Below, one piece after another: positions 53,477 through 61,514 of a DNA stretch of 64,000 bases. Location: assembly GCF_033153115.1 (NCBI RefSeq), contig NW_026889764.1, positions 11,904,001-11,968,000 on the forward strand, read 5' to 3'. The notes beneath the pieces are model-generated. The model saw only the letters and a program-made list of their open reading frames with translations. It did no database searches and was not told the origin of the DNA. Position 1 is the stretch's first letter, and each line of letters starts with the position of its first letter. Both the position numbers and the translations under genes were made by a program. The DNA is from Saccostrea echinata (Eukaryota).

Positions 53477-54748
53477 AATACTGACATAGAAATAACAAAT
53501 GTACAACAAGTATTGCCCATTGGACTAGTTATGGCAAAAAAGATGGGACTAATCCTTATAAAAAACGCAAACAAACATTATAAAAACACATAACATGCTT
53601 GTACAAATGAATGGGACTAGAGTAAATGTATAAAACTTGATCAATTGTATTTCAAAAATATATTTAGCCTAAGACACCAAGTACAAATGCAAAAACAGGT
53701 GGAAGATAAGGTGATGGAGGTGGGTAAAAGTTTCTACACATTCAAACAATGGCTACAGCTTCAATAAACAAATATCACGTGATCAATATGGCGGTAAAGT
53801 ACAGAACCGTAATGGAAAGATTTTTGTTATTCCGGAAAAAATTGACAATGTAATCGAGATGCTATAAATTACTTTATGTTTTCACATAAATACAATTATA
53901 CCATCCTCTTCTAATATAATAGAGGTACCTTTTTAGCCATGAGTCTACTCTGCTCTGTTTTTTGCCCAGCAGATAACATAACACCGAGTTTGTCGAAAAA
54001 GAGCATTTATTATTGAAAATGCCAAAAATGTTTCCCAATCTTAGAAGTACATATGATACTCGTAAAAATTCTAAGGCACAAAATAGGACAGTAAATCTCA
54101 TGTAAAATATATCTCATTACATGTACACAAAGATAAATGTGCCTAAGATATACACCGTACAAATACTGACATAGAAATAACAAATGTACAATAAGTATTG
54201 CCCATTGGACTAGTTATGGCAAAAAAGATGGGACTAATCCTTATAAAAAACGCCATGAACTTGTTGTCAAATTGGCAACAAGTGGCCCATCCAGAGGAGA
54301 CGAATGGGAAGAAAGGTAATCAAGTCCCACAGAGTAACATATGTACTTTCCAAACAGGAAATATGCTATCATTGAATAAGAACTACTTATTCATGTTTGT
54401 TTACATCTATTCTATAACAAATGTGCACAATTAACATGATTAAACCCACAACTCTGTTTGAATTTGATCACAAGTTTCGAAAAACAAATCAACATGTATT
54501 TTTGGAAGTATATATACCACAGTTATGTAAAATTAGGAAGCACCAAGTCAGCTATATATACATATCACACTCATATCTAAAATGAAAACCCAAACATTAA
54601 AAAATAAGAGTTTTCTATTATAGCTTCTTTAACCATGACCTACAATAATCTACAAGAAATATCTTGTGCATATAATTACATGTCATTAAACAAACATGAC
54701 TAGGGTTTAATACTTAAAATCAAAAACAATAAAAAACTTGTTATATTC

Positions 54749-54999
54749 ACAAATGCCGCCTCAGACAGTCATTTGCAAACATGTAATGTTACCTAGAAGT
54801 CATAGTTAAATTTAAAAAACTATCAAACTTGACGTAATCACAAATGCCGCCTCAGACAGTCATTTGTAAACATGTAATGTTAAAAAACTATGAGTACTGG
54901 GTAATGGCCACCTTGAAAAATTGCTCACCTAGCAGCTGCCTCAGACAGTCTGACTAGAGAATACAACATTATTTCATAATCAGCTGCCTCAGACAGTCC
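54749..54999 (-). repeat. Four copies of a GACTGTCTGAGGC(G/A)GC hairpin motif downstream of YR
   Basis: GCCTCAGACAGTC on the + strand at ~54759, 54849, 54938, 54986. Confidence 0.8.
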
Positions 55000-55057
55000 A
55001 ATTATAAAGCAATAGCCAATTATGCAAAGTCTGAATGTAAACTGTCTAAAATGTAAA

Positions 55058-55975
55058 TCAAACAAGATTAAGAGGTGAAATTTCCACTGTATCAAAAACT
55101 GGTATCCTAAAATATCGCCTAATAGCACTGGAGTTCCAGCGACCCATTAAACGAATTTTATCCTCGGGAATTTTGCACTGAAAAGCATAAGACGCTGCTC
55201 CTATACGAAAACTATGTGATTTGTACTTAGTTGTGTCAAGACCAACAAATGATAATGCATTTTTTAGTTCATTTGTAAAGTAAGCCTGATTAATTGGTTT
55301 TTGACCATCAAAACTGAATAAAGGGCCCTGACATTTACTTCTGACTGATAAGTACTTTTGCATAGCTTTTACTGGACATATATTTTTACAAGTCTGAGCT
55401 GCTATTTGCAAGGACACAGGTCTACCTGAGTCATGATGTTTGAAATGTCTGAGTGTTAATGTCATAGATTTAGGTCTTCCTCGTACTGGGTCAAATGATA
55501 AATTTTTTAGATGAACAAGATTTCTACTTGAATTTTTTAAAGATTTCACAGTTACTTCACCTACTCTCAGGAATGCAAAGAAACAGAGTGTAAACATGGC
55601 TGTCAGAAGGCGTCTGCTAAACTTTCCAGCCACTGTGTGTTTAAGCGCATGGACTAGCTTGAAAAGAATATGAGGTGTTATTGGTAAACGGATATCTGGA
55701 GCATTGGATAAGTGCTGAGCTCCTTTGAGAAGCTTCTTGATGACAAAAAACTGAGTTGGGTCAGAGAGACCATGTATTTTGTGATAATAAGAAATACCTG
55801 CCACATAGGTATTTATTGTGTTGTAAGATTTTTTATGTTGATATAACCATGCTATAAAAGACATAATGTGATTTAACTGAGATGGAAATGTTGGACTTGT
55901 ACTGAAATTTGCCCGGAAGAATTTATGATAAGCATTTAAAGCTACCTCATATGACACCTGGGTATTTTTTGACAT
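55058..55975 (-). CDS. Tyrosine recombinase of the Ngaro element
   Basis: N-terminal SAM-like region (TINTYVAGISYYHK), catalytic FLRVGE, HSFRIGAAS, GRWNSSAIRRY. The frame is open upstream into the end of pol. Confidence 0.95.
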   Translation of the reverse strand: MSKNTQVSYEVALNAYHKFFRANFSTSPTFPSQLNHIMSFIAWLYQHKKSYNTINTYVAGISYYHKIHGLSDPTQFFVIKKLLKGAQHLSNAPDIRLPITPHILFKLVHALKHTVAGKFSRRLLTAMFTLCFFAFLRVGEVTVKSLKNSSRNLVHLKNLSFDPVRGRPKSMTLTLRHFKHHDSGRPVSLQIAAQTCKNICPVKAMQKYLSVRSKCQGPLFSFDGQKPINQAYFTNELKNALSFVGLDTTKYKSHSFRIGAASYAFQCKIPEDKIRLMGRWNSSAIRRYFRIPVFDTVEISPLNLV

Positions 55976-56007
55976 TGCAGCATCAAGCAGTTTTGATGTC
56001 GAATTTA

Positions 56008-57957
56008 CTAAATGTGTAGGTACTCCTGAGGGATGTTGGCTGGGAACTTGTCCATGTAAGGTGCTAATTCCTTGAATTTCTCTACCTGCAAACGCGAAAG
56101 TAAGTCTGGTAAAACATTTTTCTTCCCAGGAATATGCTCGGATTTGAACAGAATATTAAATCTCAAGCAAGCTAGAACCAATCGTCTGACTAATGACATC
56201 ACTGATGGATCTTTCGAAGAAAGTCTATTAATAATGTTGACTACTGCCATATTATCTGAATGAAACAATATAGAACAGTTAGCCAAGGTTTCTCCCCAGA
56301 TTTCAATGGAAACCACGATTGGGAAAAGTTCCTTGAATGTAATATTGTGATCTTGAAGGTTTATGTTCTCCCAGCTTCCAAAAAACCATTTTTTACCTAA
56401 GATAGCCCCATAACCTAAGCTTCCCGCTGCATCAGTATACAAATGAAGTTTTTGGGAATTTTGCCATCTGTCGTCCAGAAAGATTGACTTGCCATTAAAG
56501 TTGTCTATGAAAGTTTCCCAAGCTAACAAATCCAACCTTGCTTGCTTATTCAGACGAATCCTATGATGAGGCTTTTTTATACCTACTGTTAAATTAATAA
56601 GACGACGCAGAAATGCACGTCCAGGTACAACAACACAGCAAGCAAAATTTAACAGCCCAATCAAGGACTGAATTTCACGAAGTTTCATCTTTTTGCGATT
56701 TTTTGCTAGCTTAACTGCCTCACGGATTTTTTGGACTTTATCTTGGGGTAATCTAGCTTCCCACCTAACTGTATCTAGTTGTACTCCTAGGAAAACAATA
56801 TCTGTAGAAGGGCCCTCTGTTTTTTCTGATTTAATTGGAACCCCCAACACCTCACATAAAGATATAAATTGTTGTAATGCTAAACCACATATTGTAGAGT
56901 CCCGGGGTCCTATAAATAAGAAATCATCCAATATATGCAACATGTTAGGGACTCCAAACTTGTTGCAAGCTATCCACTGCAATGCTGTACTGAAAGTTTC
57001 AAAAATGGAGCAGGATATTGAGCAACCCATGGGAAGACATTTATCAAAATAAAATTTATTTTGAAACTGAATACCTAGTAACTCATGGTCAAGTGGGTGG
57101 ACAGGTATTATACGAAAAGCAGAAGCAATGTCAGTTTTTGCAAGAAGGCACCCAGGACCAATCTGCTTTATTAATCTGATTGCGTCATCGATTGTTGTGT
57201 AGGAAACGGAACATAATTTGTCTGGTATAAAATCATTTATTGAATGCCCATCAGGAAATGACAAATGCTGAATCATTCGAAATTCGTTAGCTTCTTTTTT
57301 GGGCACCAGACCTATTGGTGAACACTGAATATTAATAAAAGGAGGTTCCTCAAATGGGCCAGCTATTCTACCAAGTGAAATCTCTTTGTTTAATTTTTCT
57401 AATGTTATATTTGGAAGAGTTTTGGCTGATAACAAATTGGAAGAAAAACGTGGTTGTCTTGGACCCTCATAACCTAATCTAAATCCCTTTTCAAAACCTT
57501 CATATAAAAATTCTTTCAAATTTTGATGATAGCCTTCTAATAGCTGTTTTAAAATAGTTATGCGTACTGGAGTAACAACAGAACTATTTGTTTGCAGTGG
57601 TGGCTGATGAGAATGAACTTGATGGGTAGCTTGGGGAGCTGTTGTTTGGGGCTGACTGATTACCTCTTGGGCATTGAAGGGCTGAGTGGTTTTTCTTACA
57701 CTGGTAACATGTGTGTTTATATTGACAGTTGTTCTGGTAGCATTTCCCATTTCTGTGAAATGCATAGCAGAATCCAGGTGGTGTTTTCCTACCTTTCTGG
57801 GGCCCCCCTCTTCTTTGAAAATTGTGTTTGGTACGAAAATTGGTTTGGAAATTATGATGAAAATTTCTAGATGTGGTGGCCATAACCCAATATTCATAAT
57901 GCAACTGGCCCCAAGGGATAGACCTTGCCTCAATGTCCTTACGAACTTGTTTATCAT
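56008..57957 (-). CDS. pol: Reverse transcriptase/RNase H of the Ngaro element
   Basis: SPIGLVPKK, FRMIQHLS, KTDIASAFR, LPMG, HILDDFL, FLGV, RNase H LYTDAAG..KELFPI..SDNMAVV..DLLSR. The conserved part starts near 57590 and overlaps gag, so the true start is uncertain. Confidence 0.95.
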   Translation of the reverse strand: MINKFVRTLRQGLSLGASCIMNIGLWPPHLEIFIIISKPIFVPNTIFKEEGGPRKVGKHHLDSAMHFTEMGNATRTTVNINTHVTSVRKTTQPFNAQEVISQPQTTAPQATHQVHSHQPPLQTNSSVVTPVRITILKQLLEGYHQNLKEFLYEGFEKGFRLGYEGPRQPRFSSNLLSAKTLPNITLEKLNKEISLGRIAGPFEEPPFINIQCSPIGLVPKKEANEFRMIQHLSFPDGHSINDFIPDKLCSVSYTTIDDAIRLIKQIGPGCLLAKTDIASAFRIIPVHPLDHELLGIQFQNKFYFDKCLPMGCSISCSIFETFSTALQWIACNKFGVPNMLHILDDFLFIGPRDSTICGLALQQFISLCEVLGVPIKSEKTEGPSTDIVFLGVQLDTVRWEARLPQDKVQKIREAVKLAKNRKKMKLREIQSLIGLLNFACCVVVPGRAFLRRLINLTVGIKKPHHRIRLNKQARLDLLAWETFIDNFNGKSIFLDDRWQNSQKLHLYTDAAGSLGYGAILGKKWFFGSWENINLQDHNITFKELFPIVVSIEIWGETLANCSILFHSDNMAVVNIINRLSSKDPSVMSLVRRLVLACLRFNILFKSEHIPGKKNVLPDLLSRLQVEKFKELAPYMDKFPANIPQEYLHI

Positions 57958-58687
57958 ACGTCAGCCATGATAAACCTGCATGTCTATTAGCCAACTCTCT
58001 GACAATTTCTCCATGTTTAATAACTGATGCAACTTGCTTTGGAAATTTTTCTGAATAAATTGCCAAAAATTTTAGAAAAGCTGATGTCCATTGATCTATG
58101 GATTTGATGAGAGTTTTTGACTTGGTTGAAAGTAATTTTAATTCAGAATTGCCTGTACTTTTAAGTTGAACAGACCTGTCTGAGGCAATATCTTCCCTTG
58201 GCAAAAGTTTACTAAAGTCAATATATTTATTTTGCCAGATTTTGTTTTTGATTTTTGTTTCAACCTGTGCTGATATTGGCGTTGACAGCAAATAGTTGTC
58301 ATCATTATCAGACTCAGCTGATGAGGAGTCATCAGTACTCGTATTTTCATCTGAGGAATTTTCATCACCTGAAGAGTCAATCAAATCTGAGTTAGTACCT
58401 GCAATGGAAGGTGATCTAGGAGGTGAAGATATTCTTTTTCTCTTTTTCTTTGGCTCTCTGTGCTTTTTCCTTCCCCTATCCTCAGTTTCTACCATCTGTT
58501 GGGACTCCTGATTGGATTCATTTCTGATCGCTTCTAGGACCTTGTCCGTTACTGCTGCCACCAGCTGGTCCTGTGCGGTCTGTTGCACAGTCTGTTGTGC
58601 AGCCTGCTCTGCAGACCCTGCTGCTGCTGGAATGACCTGAGTTCGCCTCCCTCTTTGTTGGCGTTTGGCACTTTTGGGTTCGCTCAT
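57584..58687 (-). CDS. gag: Gag-like ORF1 of the Ngaro element
   Basis: KIWQNKYIDFSKLL, SIDQWTSAF, WLTYDKQVR; C-terminal CYAFH..C....C.YKHTCYQC...H....C zinc fingers. The ATG is directly preceded by TTTTACAG. Confidence 0.9.
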   Translation of the reverse strand: MSEPKSAKRQQRGRRTQVIPAAAGSAEQAAQQTVQQTAQDQLVAAVTDKVLEAIRNESNQESQQMVETEDRGRKKHREPKKKRKRISSPPRSPSIAGTNSDLIDSSGDENSSDENTSTDDSSSAESDNDDNYLLSTPISAQVETKIKNKIWQNKYIDFSKLLPREDIASDRSVQLKSTGNSELKLLSTKSKTLIKSIDQWTSAFLKFLAIYSEKFPKQVASVIKHGEIVRELANRHAGLSWLTYDKQVRKDIEARSIPWGQLHYEYWVMATTSRNFHHNFQTNFRTKHNFQRRGGPQKGRKTPPGFCYAFHRNGKCYQNNCQYKHTCYQCKKNHSALQCPRGNQSAPNNSSPSYPSSSFSSATTANK

Positions 58688-59110
58688 CTGTAAAATTGTT
58701 TATCAAAATGATATAAATGAAATATATTTTATTCTTAACCACAGCTCTGGTCAATGAATAAGGCTTCAGTACTAATACTGTAATACTGGTACATGGACTT
58801 AATATCAAACACAATTATTGTACCACAACAAATTCATTGACTATGTAAAAACATAGCTTTTTTGTGGAAATTATCATACATATTTGGTTAATTAACAGCT
58901 TTCAACTGATAATATAAGCATGTATGTAAATTCATTTAGAAATACCATTATACCAGTGTGGACTTGAGCATAATAAGTCAAATCTGAATTTTTAATACAT
59001 GTCAATCAACATGGTAAAATTATTGACTCTCACAATGGACTTGAGTAAAAGATACTTATAACAAACATTTATGAACAGGAATGCCATATTTATAAGAACT
59101 TAAACATGCC

Positions 59111-60311
59111 CACCAACCATATAGGTGCATAGAACTTCTGTCACCTTTATCAATGGCCATGTGTTCCCCAACCATATAGGGGTATATAATTTTCATCACA
59201 AATTACACCTGATAAGGATTAAGGCCCCAACCATATAGGAGCCCAACAATATATATATAAACATATTGCCACTTAAACATCAGCATTCCTTGTGATTACA
59301 CAATCTTAGTCACCTATGGTCTAATTACACGTCCAATTAGATGTAACAAGCCCACTTGAACCACCAATTTATGATAAACATATGTAATTACATCAAAGAA
59401 ACCCCAACCATATAGGGGCATGAATATACACAGAAAGCCCCAACCATATAGGGGCATATTAATAAACCTGTAACCATAACTAGGAAACACAGCATATCCT
59501 TTATTGCATAACGCACATATTCATTAACTTTATCCAAAGCTAAAAGACATGTGTTTGTCTATAGAGCACATTTTAATAAATCCCCAACCATATAGGGGCA
59601 CAATCATAAACCTGTAATCAAAATTAGGAAACAAAGCATAACCCCCAAAATGAATATTACTGCACTTCTATAGAGAACCGAAAGATGGTGCCCCAACCAT
59701 ATAGGGGAATACCCCAACCATATAGGGGCAAATTTAACTAAACCCACACCATACGTATATAGGCATAATAATAATCTATGATCATAATAAGAAAGACAGC
59801 ATGATCATAAATGCAATGTGTAATATCTTCTATTCAGTGCTAAAAAACACGTCCCAACCGTATAGGGACAAGTTTCAATAAGGCAGGTGTAAAAAGCACA
59901 AAAACATGAAAACTGGTGAGGGAGGGGGATAAAAAATACAAACTCCAACCAAGTAGGGTACCCTTGAAAAACCCCAACCATATAGGGGTCAAATAATAAA
60001 GTGTTCATATCCAAAAAGCAAACAACAGGCAGATAGTGTAATTAATAAATCTTATATATCTTTATATATAACTAATTATCCCCAACCATATAGGGGAATA
60101 ATCACAGAACTCATATCCCAGCAGAGAAAATACACCTAATATAGGGATATGATAATATAAAAGCACTGAATAATATATAAATTAAGCAAACATATTCTAA
60201 TCAATAAATTGTTGATTAGAAAACAAAAACCCCAACCATATAGGGGTAAATTCCTTTTTTAAATAGCCATGAATAATAAAAACTGTTGTTTACCCCAACC
60301 ATATATAGGGG
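59111..60311 (-). repeat. Dispersed array of 14 17-nt hairpins (CCCCAACCATATAGGGG on +) with variable spacers
   Basis: Exact copies at 59166, 59402, 59438, 59582, 59691, 59712, 59972, 60080, 60230; variants at 59111, 59225, 59852, 59943, 60293. Confidence 0.92.
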
Positions 60312-60519
60312 AACAACAATTCCAAAGTTATGTGCCTCGACCATAAAGAGACAACATTTTAAACTTTGTAATAAACAGTTGAGTAAGGCTTATTATTTTG
60401 TTTACAATTCACTTGAACAAAGACTTAGCTCTGCCTTTGACATATCTTGAAACCAAGTGTAAAACATAGGCCCAGTGGCAGTGACAAAAATGTTTTGCCA
60501 TGTGTAGTTAACTATCCTC

Positions 60520-61161
60520 CTATATTTTCAAACAAAATTCATACCCACCATTTGTTATGGTTTTAAGTGTAGAAACTACTACTGCTCGCAAATTATTATA
60601 ATACTTCTTCATTCCTTGCAAATTCAGGTGTACACCATCTTGAGAAAACACCATGTCCTGACTTGCAGAGGACCAGAAACCTGATAAGCGGAAAAATTTT
60701 GATCCTTCCACATTACATAAATAGGATGATATTCTCATATTAAGTTCATCCACTCTTTCATTGAACCACTGAGTATCCACTTCATAACGTATGCGGTAAC
60801 TGGGGGGTCTTCTGTGTAAAGTTTGTAGAATTACAACATGTTTCACTGATTCTGCATAACGAAGGGATATAACAAAGTCAATCAATTGTTTGAAGACATC
60901 TGATACTGATTTAGTAGGATCACAGAGGTCATTTGATACGGCTTGCAATACCACCACATCTGGATGAAACAGCCTTACGTAACGCAGACCTTGCGCCCTA
61001 ACCTTTGACAATGTCGCTCCCCGAAATCCTGCATATGAAACATGAATTTCCTCCAAACTTAAGTTCAAATTTTTTGTCACACGGTTATCAGGAGAACTAT
61101 TCACAAAGTCTTCCAATCTACTGACAAATGAATGTCCTAAAACTACAAGTTTCATAACCAT
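60520..61161 (-). CDS. SGNH/GDSL hydrolase-family protein carried by the Ngaro element, 213 aa
   Basis: Block I VVLGHSF, block II RGAT, block III VVVLQAVSNDL, block V DGVHLN. Confidence 0.9.
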   Translation of the reverse strand: MVMKLVVLGHSFVSRLEDFVNSSPDNRVTKNLNLSLEEIHVSYAGFRGATLSKVRAQGLRYVRLFHPDVVVLQAVSNDLCDPTKSVSDVFKQLIDFVISLRYAESVKHVVILQTLHRRPPSYRIRYEVDTQWFNERVDELNMRISSYLCNVEGSKFFRLSGFWSSASQDMVFSQDGVHLNLQGMKKYYNNLRAVVVSTLKTITNGGYEFCLKI

Positions 61162-61514
61162 GATGGCGAGTTACGTAATCGGATGTAAACCGCCACAAAC
61201 TCTTTTACATTATATAAAATTAAGGAGAATGTACTTACGATGCACCGTCAAACACTAGCAATGAAACATGTGTCTTGCATGAGAATATATGGACACAAAC
61301 GCAAGGAAAATATCAAACAAATGTAAAAGTTTCTACACATTCAAACAATGGCTACAGCTTCAATAAACAAATATCACGTGATCAATATGGCGGTAAAGTA
61401 CAGAACCGTAATGGAAAGATTTTTGTTATTCCGGAAAAAATTGACAATGTAATCGAGATGCTATAAATTACTTTATGTTTTCACATAAATACAAATATTT
61501 TCAAAGGTTTTAAG

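Larger units (their letters stand above)
53477..61494 (-). mobile_element. Ngaro-type (DIRS order) tyrosine-recombinase retrotransposon with split direct repeats, all ORFs open
   Basis: SGNH, gag, RT/RNase H and YR ORFs. A repeats 61323-61494 and 53724-53895 (172 bp, identical). B repeats 54162-54253 and 53477-53568 (92 bp, 1 mismatch). Sense order A1-ORFs-B1-A2-B2. No methyltransferase domain seen. Confidence 0.93.

Noticed and set aside
56072-58511. + strand ORFs within the Ngaro element
   Set aside because: Antisense shadows of gag and pol with no recognisable motifs
59166-59182. SRF CArG box or CRESS-virus replication origin
   Set aside because: CCATATAGG has five A/T between CC and GG, not six. 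The 9-nt loop does not match NANTATTAC and no Rep/HUH ORF is present.
59111-60311. CRISPR array interpretation of the hairpin repeats
   Set aside because: The repeat is only 17 nt, spacing is very irregular, there are no cas genes and the context is a eukaryotic retrotransposon
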